Shown piece after piece: positions 9,577 through 19,496 of a stretch of DNA of 64,000 nucleotides. Numbering within the stretch: position 1 is the stretch's first letter; the number at the start of each line of letters is the position of its first letter. The notes beneath the pieces are model-generated. The model saw only the letters and a program-made list of their open reading frames with translations, was not told the origin of the DNA and did not search any database. Where the stretch lies: sequence record LC727701.1; one strand, given 5' to 3'. Made by a program: the position numbers and the translations under genes.

Positions 9577-10677
9577 ATGAATTATCGTAATAGCAAACTT
9601 ACGTTAGTCCAGCAGAAGTGGATTGATCGTTTTATCTCCATTGCTATGGAGGTTGATAATGGCCGTGCAATTTCCAATGCATATCGCTATACTCTTAATG
9701 AACAGGGAATTAGTTCAGATAGTGAAGATCTACGTATTCACTATCCTTTTGGAGTTGATAGAAAAGAATTCATCAAAGAACAAATTTACAAACTATGTGA
9801 TGAAGTTATAAGCCCTTTAAATCTGAAAGCATTCAGAATTAGTGGTGGTTTTGCATTACTAGATGATGAAGGAATCATTGGTTTCCTAATGAATGGAATG
9901 GAAGGTACCACTAGTCAGAACTTTAGATTATACTCCAATGAAGAACTGATCAAAGTATTTAAATTACGTTTTGAAGAAGTATTTGATCAGACTCGTCCAC
10001 CTAGTATTAAAAGAATTCGGGTTAACTATCAAAATAATGAACTATATAGCTTTAGTGAAGTTATTTCTGTTCGTAACTACAATCCAAATATGATGGAAAT
10101 GTATCCATTCCTAGATCGATCTCCAGCTGAAATCTGGACTGAATTCGCTGCATCTGAATCTAATGTTCTACTATTGATTGGTCCTCCTGGCACTGGTAAG
10201 TCTAATTATATCAATGAGATTATTCGGGCTCGTGGTTATAATGATCGTAATGTGTATCTAGCTGATCAAGATGATGTACTTGGCCACGCCGGTTTGACTA
10301 ATTTTATTCGTGGTGTTGAGGATAATTCACTCATTATTACAGAAGACTCTGATAAAATGGTGGCTAAACGTGTAGATGGTAATAGTAATATGTCAGGGCT
10401 ATTAAATGCTACAGCTGGTCTAGTATCTACTAAGACCAAGATTATCATTTCTACTAATCTTCCGACTCTTCGTGATGTTGATGAAGCTTTAGTTCGACCT
10501 GGCCGTGCTTTCGATATTCTTACCTTCAAAACACTTACTGCTGAACAAGCGATTGCAGCTCGTTTAGCTAATGGTCTAGATCCAGTTGAGTTTGTCGGTA
10601 ATAATCTTACTTTAGCTGAAGCATTGAATACTAGTTCTTGCAGTAGCCCACGCAAAGCAAGTCGTGTAGGTTTCTAA
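9577..10677 (+). CDS. AAA+ ATPase
   Basis: Walker A GPPGTGKS, Walker B-like IITEDSD, sensor STN, SRH DEALVRPGRAFD. Confidence 0.9.
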   Translation: MNYRNSKLTLVQQKWIDRFISIAMEVDNGRAISNAYRYTLNEQGISSDSEDLRIHYPFGVDRKEFIKEQIYKLCDEVISPLNLKAFRISGGFALLDDEGIIGFLMNGMEGTTSQNFRLYSNEELIKVFKLRFEEVFDQTRPPSIKRIRVNYQNNELYSFSEVISVRNYNPNMMEMYPFLDRSPAEIWTEFAASESNVLLLIGPPGTGKSNYINEIIRARGYNDRNVYLADQDDVLGHAGLTNFIRGVEDNSLIITEDSDKMVAKRVDGNSNMSGLLNATAGLVSTKTKIIISTNLPTLRDVDEALVRPGRAFDILTFKTLTAEQAIAARLANGLDPVEFVGNNLTLAEALNTSSCSSPRKASRVGF

Positions 10678-10784
10678 GGAAAAGTAAGCTGCTTTTAAAC
10701 TAGCGAAGAAACATGAATTCCAACGTGTTATTTATAATCCTGATGACCTTAAAGTAAAGCATTATTTCACATACGGAGATCAGC

Positions 10785-11387
10785 ATGCAGCGCAATAATG
10801 ACCCGCAGCAAGTAATCATGTCGATTGAGATGTACAATAGCCTACTGGCTATGGCTAATGATTCACCTCATTACACGACAAAACTTATCCAACGTCACGT
10901 GCGAAAGATGAATCCTTTTTTACAACCTGCACATCTAAAGAATGTCAGAACTAAGGAAGCTATTCGGTCCCAACGTATTCGTGAAGCTCGGGCTTTCTTC
11001 GAAGCCAATCATAGAAAAATTCTGTACGCAAAGGTTGATATGGGTAACTGTAAAAAAGGAGATGATCCGGTTTACTTCCCATGCATATCTGAACGTATTG
11101 CCAAGAATAGACAACTAATCCAAGTTCGTCATGCCAATGAAGTTGGTTATGGACGGTGCATCCGGTTGGTAGAGGCTAAATATCTCACAACCATTATTCC
11201 TGATGGATATATCCAAGGAACTGGGCCGTATAAAAAATATCTTGTTAAAGAGAATGGTCCTTACGATATCCGTGAACAAGAAGAAAAACGTAAACAAGCT
11301 TTTTCGAGTGAGATAGCTAAGAAGTTTGAGTTCAAACATGATTCTTACGATATGGATAATCTCAAAAAGAATTATTATACACAATGA
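10785..11387 (+). CDS. Hypothetical basic protein (200 aa)
   Basis: GGAG RBS. Confidence 0.75.
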   Translation: MQRNNDPQQVIMSIEMYNSLLAMANDSPHYTTKLIQRHVRKMNPFLQPAHLKNVRTKEAIRSQRIREARAFFEANHRKILYAKVDMGNCKKGDDPVYFPCISERIAKNRQLIQVRHANEVGYGRCIRLVEAKYLTTIIPDGYIQGTGPYKKYLVKENGPYDIREQEEKRKQAFSSEIAKKFEFKHDSYDMDNLKKNYYTQ

Positions 11388-11514
11388 GATTAGTATAAAT
11401 GGACATTAGTTTATCTCCAGTATGAGTATTCCAACTTCTTAAATATTACTAAAGAGCAGACTATGAATATATCAGTGTTTGCTCTTTGGAGGTAATTACT
11501 CTGGAGCATCTAAT

Positions 11515-11847
11515 ATGTGTGCAATTCCTGTAATACCTGTATCAAATGACATCACTGTTATTAAGCCAGGTGATACAGTTTGGTCAACAGGTGTTCTCGG
11601 TATGAAAGCATCCTGTGAGCATCCACCAGCGCTATTCTGTATACGGGGTGATGAACTTGAAGTTCTAGAAATTAGCCCTCCCACGGAATATGAGAAAAAA
11701 GCAATGTATAAGTGCCGCTTAAAAAGAGGCACTGGTCATTTCTGGATCTATCGTAGTGGGTTTACTAAAATAAAGCCATTTAATCACAATATGACTGGTT
11801 ATGAGTTTTGGGATGGTGAGAAAATTAGAGAATATGGTGGGCATTAG
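11515..11847 (+). CDS. Hypothetical protein, possible SH3/KOW-like domain
   Basis: ATG 11515 with GGAG RBS preferred over the track start; IKPGDTVW motif. Confidence 0.6.
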   Translation: MCAIPVIPVSNDITVIKPGDTVWSTGVLGMKASCEHPPALFCIRGDELEVLEISPPTEYEKKAMYKCRLKRGTGHFWIYRSGFTKIKPFNHNMTGYEFWDGEKIREYGGH

Positions 11848-11858
11848 AGTAAAAGAAA

Positions 11859-11984
11859 ATGGCTAGCGAAAATAATAAATCAGACATGCAACATGAACAA
11901 GAAGAACCACCCATATTCAAAATGCTTTTTCTAAGTGCAGTTATAGGTGGATCATTATGGGAAATAATTAGACAGTGGTTTTAG
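11859..11984 (+). CDS. Small membrane protein (41 aa, not in ORF track)
   Basis: MASENNK...MLFLSAVIGGSLWEIIRQWF*. Confidence 0.5.
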   Translation: MASENNKSDMQHEQEEPPIFKMLFLSAVIGGSLWEIIRQWF

Positions 11985-12018
11985 CCACTGTCTTTATAAT
12001 GTATTTTGAGTTATAAAA

Positions 12019-12183
12019 ATGTCCATAGAAAAAGCCTATTCCAATTTAATAGCTTCAATTAAAACAGTTAGAAAACATTTTCCTAAATTAATTCAAGAGA
12101 AGAATTTAGATGAGGAATTACGACGGGAGTTTACGACTCCTATTCAATTCGACCCGACTAAGAAATCGGGAAACTCCTTTTGA
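12019..12183 (+). CDS. Small hypothetical protein (54 aa, not in ORF track)
   Basis: MSIEKAYSNLIASIK...KSGNSF*. Confidence 0.5.
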   Translation: MSIEKAYSNLIASIKTVRKHFPKLIQEKNLDEELRREFTTPIQFDPTKKSGNSF

Positions 12184-12199
12184 TAACGAACAGTCAGAA

Positions 12200-12367
12200 A
12201 TGGATAAGTTAAAACCAATCGATGACTTTTGGAAAACTAAAACAATTAAACCATCAGATGCTTATTTAGAAAGAAAGAATGAGCAACTAAAGATGATTAA
12301 TCCGCATAAAGTTTATAATCCATTCAATGAAAAAGATACGGTATTAAAACCTATTTCTAAATTATAA
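12200..12367 (+). CDS. Small hypothetical protein
   Basis: In-frame ATG 12200 (MDKLKPIDDFW) avoids overlap with the upstream ORF. Confidence 0.5.
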   Translation: MDKLKPIDDFWKTKTIKPSDAYLERKNEQLKMINPHKVYNPFNEKDTVLKPISKL

Positions 12368-12379
12368 AAAGGATTTACT

Positions 12380-12799
12380 ATGAAACAAGATCATCAATTC
12401 TGGCATGATAAACCATTTTCAGAAAATGAAGTTAGGAAGAAACTTGGCGGATCGTCATTATCCAAACTAAGTACAGAACAGATTTTAGAAGAGTGGCGAA
12501 CAGAACATATTGAACGTAATACTCCTTTAAGTAAAAGGCTATATGACATTCGTAATAAAGCCATCAATGATTACTCACTTACTGATAATCAACAAGTTAA
12601 TAATTTGTTGCAATGTGCAGTGGATCAAGTCTTAGCAGATGTGATCGTTATGTTAGATGGTTCAGTGCCACATAAGCAATTTCAAATTTCTGAATATGAA
12701 ATTGAAATGGACAGTAAGGAATTATCGATTAAAGAACATACTCGTCCAATAACTGAAGATCTACTAAAAAATTATTTTGAATTGGTGAATGGCAAATGA
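12380..12799 (+). CDS. Hypothetical protein, possible distant LDG-family member
   Basis: AAGGA RBS; VIVMLDG motif. Confidence 0.7.
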   Translation: MKQDHQFWHDKPFSENEVRKKLGGSSLSKLSTEQILEEWRTEHIERNTPLSKRLYDIRNKAINDYSLTDNQQVNNLLQCAVDQVLADVIVMLDGSVPHKQFQISEYEIEMDSKELSIKEHTRPITEDLLKNYFELVNGK

Positions 12800-13140
12800 C
12801 TGAACGTATTCATTACTCAGATCGTAAGTTACCGCTGTGTTTTAAAGGTGTTTATGACATTCCAGTTGTAACCATCGAAAACTATTGTAAGTGGTATGGT
12901 CTTAATATTGTCTATCCAGATGGGCGTGTTGAATGGGTTGACACTGATTTACTTGCTGAAATAGAACGGGAAAGCAAGTTCTCAGTAATGGGTGATCACA
13001 ACTATCATCCAATTCTGCTGGACAAAGTAGCTGAGAAGATTGGCGGGGTGGCATGTGAGGTTGCACGTGAGTTGATGACTGGTCGTTGGGTACTAGAGGT
13101 TATGGACGGTAAAATCCCTGGTCAAGAAAAATTCTGTTAA
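12796..13140 (+). CDS. Hypothetical protein (114 aa)
   Basis: ATGA overlap with the upstream stop. Confidence 0.75.
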   Translation: MTERIHYSDRKLPLCFKGVYDIPVVTIENYCKWYGLNIVYPDGRVEWVDTDLLAEIERESKFSVMGDHNYHPILLDKVAEKIGGVACEVARELMTGRWVLEVMDGKIPGQEKFC

Positions 13141-13144
13141 ATGG

Positions 13145-13693
13145 ATGATTAAAATGGGTATTGATGTTTTCCCTGTAGTTACCAAACGTTCCACACGTTC
13201 TTCAGATGGTGCACGTGTACTTAAATTCATTGACATGCATACATGCGAGGCTCTTAACTTTAGCCGTTGCTATTATCTTTGGGATTGGTTAACCGATAAT
13301 AATGAGTATACCAACCGATTCTGTCGACCGACTCTTAAAGGCTGTGGATTTGGTACACTCGTCAGTGATGACTCGCATCCAGTATGGAACAACTTTGAAG
13401 GTCGCCTTTCACAAATTGTCAATTCCAAACAGGACAATCTAACACCGTACGCCTATTATAGTGAAGATGGTTGGTACCCACTTACAATGATCTTCAATAT
13501 GGAAGACCTCTGGAACTTCGATTATGATCAGAAGCCAACGATGTTCGATCAAGATGTTAATGGTGAAGTCATTTCGGAAAAAACCTATCGCCAGCTATTT
13601 TTGAGCAATGGTGTGGATGATGGTTATTTCAAGTTCCTGGAAGAAACTAAAAAGATGGAGTGTGTTCACTTCATCGCCCGATTCTGGGGATGA
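13145..13693 (+). CDS. Hypothetical protein (182 aa)
   Basis: ORF in operon context; MGIDV...FWG pattern. Confidence 0.75.
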   Translation: MIKMGIDVFPVVTKRSTRSSDGARVLKFIDMHTCEALNFSRCYYLWDWLTDNNEYTNRFCRPTLKGCGFGTLVSDDSHPVWNNFEGRLSQIVNSKQDNLTPYAYYSEDGWYPLTMIFNMEDLWNFDYDQKPTMFDQDVNGEVISEKTYRQLFLSNGVDDGYFKFLEETKKMECVHFIARFWG

Positions 13694-13716
13694 TTACTTA
13701 ACAGGAAAAGTTAAAA

Positions 13717-14286
13717 ATGGCTATTCTATCTGATAAAACAATCACTGACTTATCTAAAGGTCGTGAACCAATGATTACGGATTTCATTGGTCACCAGGTC
13801 CGTGAAAAAGATGGTAAAAAGATTATTAGTTATGGGCTTAGTTCATATGGGTACGATGTAAGGCTAGCCCGTAATTTTAAGATCTTTTCTAATGTAACAA
13901 GTGCAGTTATTGACCCATTAGACCCTAGTGATGGATTCTTAGTAGATTGGACTGGTGATTATTGTATTATTCCACCTAACAGTTATATTCTTGGTCATAC
14001 TGTAGAATCGTTTAATATTCCAGATGATGTCCTAGCTATTTGCACAGGTAAATCAACCTATGCACGACTAGGTGCAATTGTTAATGTCACTCCTATTGAA
14101 CCAGGTTTCAAAGGACAAGTCGTTATTGAGATTGCAAACTGCACTACACTACCTCTAAAAATTTATGCTGATATGGGTATTGCTCAGTTTATGTTCTTTA
14201 GAGGTGATGCCCCATGTGAAGTTAGTTATGCAAAACGTAATGGTAAATATCAAAATCAAATTGGTATCACAACAGCGAGACTTTAA
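13717..14286 (+). CDS. dcd: dCTP deaminase
   Basis: SYGLSSYGYDVRL, GKSTYARLG, TPIEPGFKGQVVIEI, IAQFMF, KYQNQ.GIT. Confidence 0.95.
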   Translation: MAILSDKTITDLSKGREPMITDFIGHQVREKDGKKIISYGLSSYGYDVRLARNFKIFSNVTSAVIDPLDPSDGFLVDWTGDYCIIPPNSYILGHTVESFNIPDDVLAICTGKSTYARLGAIVNVTPIEPGFKGQVVIEIANCTTLPLKIYADMGIAQFMFFRGDAPCEVSYAKRNGKYQNQIGITTARL

Positions 14287-14288
14287 TA

Positions 14289-14525
14289 ATGCTTAGTCCT
14301 AACCAAGAAAAGTTTGTCAGTCGGCTAACTGAAATTACAAAGGCATCTGATTCAGAACTTTGTGCAGTTAATGATACAATCTCATTTGATATTTCAACTG
14401 ATAACATGCATGCTGAATTCTTTAATTTGGTTGCTGAACTGCATTTTAAGATTGTTCATATGTTTCCAATTAACCAATATAACACTCGTTATCGGGTTGT
14501 TATTCATGAACCATTCTATCTATGA
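14289..14525 (+). CDS. Hypothetical protein (78 aa)
   Basis: ORF directly after dcd. Confidence 0.7.
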   Translation: MLSPNQEKFVSRLTEITKASDSELCAVNDTISFDISTDNMHAEFFNLVAELHFKIVHMFPINQYNTRYRVVIHEPFYL

Positions 14526-14552
14526 TTGACCAACATAGTGGTTTATACATTC

Positions 14553-14588
14553 AAAGCATTTTAAACAGTATATCACAAATGTGATATA
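14553..14588 (+). promoter_or_regulatory. Early promoter, class B, with perfect dyad
   Basis: AAAGCATTTTAAACAG-TATATCAC-AAATGTGATATA; 14569-14588 is TATATCACA-AA-TGTGATATA. Confidence 0.65.
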
Positions 14589-14615
14589 ATCAACATATAT
14601 AGGAGATTCTAATAC

Positions 14616-15092
14616 ATGTCACGCAATACTATTTCTTCCTGGAGTGAACTTGGTTCAATGCTGGGTGTACAGCCGAAGCCGGTTCAGAAGAAACAGAAAA
14701 ATCGAGCTAAAAAGAATCATGAAGCTGCGGTTCGTAAAAATTCTAGGGAAACCTTTATGGACATTGCTGCAAAACAAACTAAATCAAGTCCTAACTTCCG
14801 TAAGAACAAACAAAAAGATGTTCGTCATTGCAGTGTATGTGATAATATTAAACTAAAAGAAAATGGTATCGAAGAAGGGCGGGCCAAACCAATTGGTATG
14901 ACCGAATTAGCTAAGTTCAAAGTTGAGCTAGCAAAAAATGGTCTTGAGCTATTCGGTTGTGAAGTACGTAAGCAAGAATCTTTTGCAGATGCATTTTATG
15001 GTAATAATACCATTTGTGAAGAAACTGCAAAGCTGATTAAAGCATACCAGGAAGAGTTTGATTCAGTCTTCCGCCGCGCTATTACTGCCTAA
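14616..15092 (+). CDS. Basic early protein with CxxC
   Basis: GGAG RBS, K/R-rich N-terminus, CSVC. Confidence 0.75.
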   Translation: MSRNTISSWSELGSMLGVQPKPVQKKQKNRAKKNHEAAVRKNSRETFMDIAAKQTKSSPNFRKNKQKDVRHCSVCDNIKLKENGIEEGRAKPIGMTELAKFKVELAKNGLELFGCEVRKQESFADAFYGNNTICEETAKLIKAYQEEFDSVFRRAITA

Positions 15093-15098
15093 CGATAT

Positions 15099-15118
15099 AG
15101 GGGACCTTCTGGTCCCCT
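15099..15118 (+). terminator. Terminator hairpin
   Basis: AGGGGACC-TTCT-GGTCCCCT. Confidence 0.7.
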
Positions 15119-15150
15119 TAGTCATTATTATTTTTTTTTGGATTTTAGCT

Positions 15151-15342
15151 ATGGATGATATTGAAAAGAAAATAGCCAAAATGGAAGCTCTATTTAGGTA
15201 CCATGGTATTACCGTTGATATTAACCATAAGTTGAAACCTAATGCTAAGACAAAATTAACTCGTGCGGAAATTAACCGATTACAAATACAATATGATAAG
15301 CTTTTAGCTGAACGCGAAGAAGCTTTAAAAGCAATTCCTTAA
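15151..15342 (+). CDS. Small coiled-coil hypothetical protein
   Basis: In-frame ATG 15151 (MDDIEKK) lies after the terminator. Confidence 0.6.
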   Translation: MDDIEKKIAKMEALFRYHGITVDINHKLKPNAKTKLTRAEINRLQIQYDKLLAEREEALKAIP

Positions 15343-15346
15343 ATTA

Positions 15347-15577
15347 TTGAGGATTTATAAAATGTTCAAGCGCGTTATGAGATATATTCGTGTTTTGAAA
15401 TTAATTGTTATTTTCTATGTTAGGCGACAACTGGGTTTACACGATTATTGTACACGAAAAAATACAATTGCATTAGATCGTGAAAATAATAAACGTGTTC
15501 AAATAAATGCTATTTCTCGTAAAGTCGAAGAAGCATTATTTAAAGTTGAACTAGTTGCGATAATGAGTAAGCGGTAA
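15347..15577 (+). CDS. Hypothetical protein (76 aa)
   Basis: ORF in operon context; start uncertain. Confidence 0.6.
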   Translation: MRIYKMFKRVMRYIRVLKLIVIFYVRRQLGLHDYCTRKNTIALDRENNKRVQINAISRKVEEALFKVELVAIMSKR

Positions 15578-15589
15578 TGTTGTCATAAA

Positions 15590-15645
15590 GCCCTCCCTTC
15601 GGGGAGGGCTATTGCACTAAATTTTATTTGAGATCTACATTATAG
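15590..15645 (+). repeat. Terminator + early-promoter cassette, copy 1
   Basis: 45 bp identical to 31276-31320 (GCCCTCCCTTCGGGGAGGGCTATTGCACTAAATTTTATTTGAGAT), then variant TACATTAT. Confidence 0.9.
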
Positions 15646-15687
15646 ATTAGCATATACTAATGGAAACATCTACATGAGGTAATTATC

Positions 15688-15987
15688 GTGAACGAAGCTA
15701 TTATTTCACTGGACCGCAGAGGAGCCCATCATTTAGGATCTCGCGGTTATCCAATTAGATCAATTGGAGATGTTACAGTATTTGATTTGAATCATAATCA
15801 ACTATATCCCAAAATCCATTCTCTTAAAGATCAAAATCATGATGGATGGCACTCCATTAGTGTTGATGATGAAAATGGAGTAACAGCGTATACGTTTGTT
15901 TTGAATATGGATCTTAATCTAGGATGGCTAAGACCTAAGCAGCCTAATGTTGGTGGTGGATATATCAAAATCAAATTTGAACAATAA
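15688..15987 (+). CDS. Hypothetical protein (99 aa, GTG start)
   Basis: GAGGT RBS. Confidence 0.75.
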   Translation: MNEAIISLDRRGAHHLGSRGYPIRSIGDVTVFDLNHNQLYPKIHSLKDQNHDGWHSISVDDENGVTAYTFVLNMDLNLGWLRPKQPNVGGGYIKIKFEQ

Positions 15988-16036
15988 GCGGTGTGTACAC
16001 CGCTTTTATTCCGTGTTTATACTCAAAAGGTAATTT

Positions 16037-17170
16037 ATGATTATGTTTAAGTACTTAAAAAATGTTATTGATAGTTTTAACAAACCAAAAAAGGTAGATA
16101 CATTAGAACAAAAGATAGCTGATCTAAATGATAAATACATCAGAGAAAATGTAGATGTTGATAAAATTGATATTTTGTCAGGTTACTTCACAGGAATGCT
16201 ATCTGGTAAATTACATGATCGAAGTTTAGCATGGGGTTATTATACCAAAGAAACTAAGACATGGATGATTTATTTTGTTGAACAAAATTTTGATTCATTC
16301 ATGTATAAAGTAACTAATAATTCATTAGATATTATTAATCTAACTGATATAGAAGATCTTAAATTATTCTATTTTTCTAATGAACAATACTTACCTTTAA
16401 ATACACCAATCAATAGTGATCTAAATGTGGCTGTAATTTTCACATCAAAATCACTCACTAAGGATTTCATTGATCCATCTTTAATAGATCAAGTTAAATC
16501 AGTTAATAGTAATTACAAGATTGTGATGGATGGGTTATCTGATAATTCCAAATTTGATAGTAACCCAATAACTCTAATTGTAGAGTCTTATGAAGCAGAT
16601 GGTGATATCGTCGTAGTTGAACTAACTAATGGTACAACTGTGGCCATCAATAGAAAACTACTTAATATGTTTATGTATCAGTCAAGAATAGTTGATACAT
16701 GTAATAACTCAAAAGTGCTTATAGATTTCAATGGACGGCTAAAGTTCACACCTATGGAGAATCATCTAGGTGGCATCAATAGTGCAATGCATTATTGGTC
16801 AAGTAATGGAATTATCAAAATTAGGTGTGACTATAGCATCACATTAAATCTAGATAAGTTTCCAGAGATTGTTAATCATATTGGAAACTGGATACATATT
16901 GAAGCTAAAACAATTGCAAAAGTAATTGACTCGGTTGTGGTACCATACTTAACAAATGGGGAGCTTAGTACGCTCATTGTTGATTTAGATAATGTCGATA
17001 TTCAGTATCGTGGTTTAACATTATCTGGTAATATCAGCTTGCGTGATCGTTTAGATAAATGCAAAATCAAACTGATAAATCCATCAACTGATCCATATGA
17101 GATACCTAGTCTAAATGGTAAACGTGATGTCCATGGTTTTTATAGGGTAGATGGAAGTTTATTAAAATGA
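16037..17170 (+). CDS. Hypothetical protein (377 aa)
   Basis: AAGGT RBS, long ORF. Confidence 0.8.
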   Translation: MIMFKYLKNVIDSFNKPKKVDTLEQKIADLNDKYIRENVDVDKIDILSGYFTGMLSGKLHDRSLAWGYYTKETKTWMIYFVEQNFDSFMYKVTNNSLDIINLTDIEDLKLFYFSNEQYLPLNTPINSDLNVAVIFTSKSLTKDFIDPSLIDQVKSVNSNYKIVMDGLSDNSKFDSNPITLIVESYEADGDIVVVELTNGTTVAINRKLLNMFMYQSRIVDTCNNSKVLIDFNGRLKFTPMENHLGGINSAMHYWSSNGIIKIRCDYSITLNLDKFPEIVNHIGNWIHIEAKTIAKVIDSVVVPYLTNGELSTLIVDLDNVDIQYRGLTLSGNISLRDRLDKCKIKLINPSTDPYEIPSLNGKRDVHGFYRVDGSLLK

Positions 17171-17637
17171 TTAAATTAGTGATTAGTCTTTTTTATAAAA
17201 TAGTTAATGAAAAGATGTCACCCACATATAAGAAATTAGTTACATTAGATAGAAATGGGTACATTTTCAATAATAAACAAGACCTGTATTCAATTAATCT
17301 TTCACTCTATCTTGAACTCATTCATTCAGTGACGAATGACTATATTGTTCAAGAAATTATAATGTGTCTAAGTTCTAAGCCACAAGCAGTGAAAGAACTA
17401 TTCCTTGAAGACCTAAGTACTAATAATCAACTACATTATTCATTGTTAGCTTGTAAAATAATGAATGAGAGGAAAATCATTAATAAGAATATTAATAAAG
17501 CGTGTGCTAAAAATATGGCTACTTTTTTAAAGGGCTATTTCCCAAGAGACTACTTCACTTGGTATAGTTGTCTCTATTTAGCGCTATCGGCTAAAAGTAA
17601 AGCTGAGAATAACAAAGTATCTGTTATTAATGAGTAA
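17167..17637 (+). CDS. Hypothetical protein (156 aa)
   Basis: ATGA overlap. Confidence 0.75.
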   Translation: MIKLVISLFYKIVNEKMSPTYKKLVTLDRNGYIFNNKQDLYSINLSLYLELIHSVTNDYIVQEIIMCLSSKPQAVKELFLEDLSTNNQLHYSLLACKIMNERKIINKNINKACAKNMATFLKGYFPRDYFTWYSCLYLALSAKSKAENNKVSVINE

Positions 17638-17680
17638 ATACAATACTATGTAGTAGTATTTCTATTACGTACCTTTCGAG

Positions 17681-17716
17681 GCATATACTCCATGACTTAT
17701 GTTGTGGGGTATATGT
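17681..17716 (+). promoter_or_regulatory. 16-bp RNA hairpin, possible processing site
   Basis: GCATATACTCCATGAC-TTAT-GTTGTGGGGTATATGT; four G-U pairs give strand polarity. Confidence 0.5.
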
Positions 17717-17739
17717 GTTATAATGTTTAAGAGGTTAAA

Positions 17740-18087
17740 ATGCAAAAGCAACTAAATTCTGATGATCTAGATGTTCTTGACTCCTTTAATGCAGCATGGG
17801 AAATTGTTAAGGAAGAACATACTGATCTATTCTCACGTATAGCGATGATGGCTATTAATAAGTTAACTGATGATGATATCTCAGTCAATGATACTAAAGT
17901 AAGTATTCAGCAAGTAGTTAATTTCCATGAGAGAATTCGAGATATCATTCCTAGCTCTGAGATTGTTAATCTTACGATTGTTAAAACTATCTTAGGTGAA
18001 ATGAATGGTTGGTTAGAATTTGATGAACTTAATGAAGAACTATTTACAGCATTAGGTAAAGCTTATAGCACTGTTAACTTTAATTGA
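17740..18087 (+). CDS. Hypothetical protein (115 aa)
   Basis: GAGGT RBS. Confidence 0.8.
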   Translation: MQKQLNSDDLDVLDSFNAAWEIVKEEHTDLFSRIAMMAINKLTDDDISVNDTKVSIQQVVNFHERIRDIIPSSEIVNLTIVKTILGEMNGWLEFDELNEELFTALGKAYSTVNFN

Positions 18088-18155
18088 TCATTAATATGAA
18101 AATTAAAACAATATAAGTGAGGCATGTGCCTCACTACATAGTAGAGGACTAACAC

Positions 18156-18488
18156 ATGCAGATTCAATTAGATCCATTAATGGTTTACCATGGTAGCACT
18201 AGATCTTTATTTAATGAAGATTCTAGTTTAAATGTTGTTGATGTAAGGGGCATTCAATTAAATGCTGAAGGGATAGCTGATAACAAAAATTACTATTTTG
18301 ATTATGGACGTAAGAAAGATGATGATGGTGAAATACTCACTATTTACGTACATGATCGAAATGTAGCTAAAGATTTTATTGTACTGTACGTTGAATTCCA
18401 TTTAGGCACACATAAATTTCATACGTATGTACATCCACAATATCGGCATAAATTTCCAGTATTAGTACTGGAGTTATTATTCGTTTAA
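18156..18488 (+). CDS. Hypothetical protein (110 aa)
   Basis: GAGGA RBS. Confidence 0.8.
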   Translation: MQIQLDPLMVYHGSTRSLFNEDSSLNVVDVRGIQLNAEGIADNKNYYFDYGRKKDDDGEILTIYVHDRNVAKDFIVLYVEFHLGTHKFHTYVHPQYRHKFPVLVLELLFV

Positions 18489-18493
18489 CATTA

Positions 18494-18516
18494 AGGGACT
18501 CTCATTAAGAGTCCCT
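18494..18516 (+). terminator. Terminator hairpin
   Basis: AGGGACTCT-CATTA-AGAGTCCCT plus T-rich tail. Confidence 0.75.
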
Positions 18517-18676
18517 ATTTATTTTGCGTAAATACATGTATGAAAAAGAAAGCATTTATTGAAACTAGCCTAAAATATTCAAACACCAAATATAACAAAG
18601 CGATTATCTGTAATGAAATAAAATTCAAACAGTACTAAACATACTAACCCTATGAATTAAAACGCATGGTGGTTGT

Positions 18677-19075
18677 ATGAAAATTTATGGTTCTTCTTTT
18701 CATGAAGTCACACTAGAATATGGAAAACCCTTTATACGCAATGGGGTTTTAAAACATTTACCTGATCTAGGTACACCAGACTTAGGATGGACTGATTTTA
18801 ATATCCTTGAAATTATTCCAGGACCAGGTTATATCGATAAGAATACTCTAAACTTTTATAAAGAAAGAGATTGCTTATTTCCAGCAATCGTCAGGTTTAC
18901 TGTATTTGAAGAAGAGCGTAATCGTATTATATCAACAATTAATGTTGATCTGGCGAAAAAGGAATTAGAGTGGAATAAGACTGATCGTTTTTGGGAAATC
19001 GAAAACTTTGCAATTAGATTCCAATTAACTCAAAATCCTTATTCAGTTTTATGGGCATCCAATGGATCACTATAG
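18677..19075 (+). CDS. Hypothetical protein (132 aa)
   Basis: GGTGG RBS. Confidence 0.7.
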   Translation: MKIYGSSFHEVTLEYGKPFIRNGVLKHLPDLGTPDLGWTDFNILEIIPGPGYIDKNTLNFYKERDCLFPAIVRFTVFEEERNRIISTINVDLAKKELEWNKTDRFWEIENFAIRFQLTQNPYSVLWASNGSL

Positions 19076-19496
19076 GTGTCATATGCTTACAATGGTTCCG
19101 TTATACCCTGGTGTGAGAGGATATCTTGAAGACTCGGTATTTTCAAAGAATGGGATTAATGATATTGGTTATCATAAATGGCTATCCCCTAAACGAATGG
19201 TAGGTCCAGATGGACTAATCATTAGTGAGGTAAAGATAACTCCACGTATAGCCAGAATGGAAGGCGAAGTAATTCTTAAAGTATGGGATAAATGGCGAAG
19301 AGCCCAGCCTAAGCTAGTTGCTACTGTGTATATTGATCCTAAAGATAATTCATACAGGGTAGAAGTAGAGCCTTTTTATGCATGTCGTCGGATATTACTT
19401 GAGGTGGATTTATGGGCTCAAGTAATACCTGGTGACCGTGCACCATTTGTAAATGACTCTGTAGATGGTACATGGGCATCAAGAGATATTATTTAA
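19062..19496 (+). CDS. Hypothetical protein (start uncertain)
   Basis: ORF in operon context. Confidence 0.65.
   Translation: MDHYRCHMLTMVPLYPGVRGYLEDSVFSKNGINDIGYHKWLSPKRMVGPDGLIISEVKITPRIARMEGEVILKVWDKWRRAQPKLVATVYIDPKDNSYRVEVEPFYACRRILLEVDLWAQVIPGDRAPFVNDSVDGTWASRDII

Noticed and set aside
10700-10752. Hammerhead ribozyme (GAAAC at 10708, stem ACATG/CGTGT, CTGATGA at 10740)
   Set aside because: Stems I and II cannot form next to the core motifs
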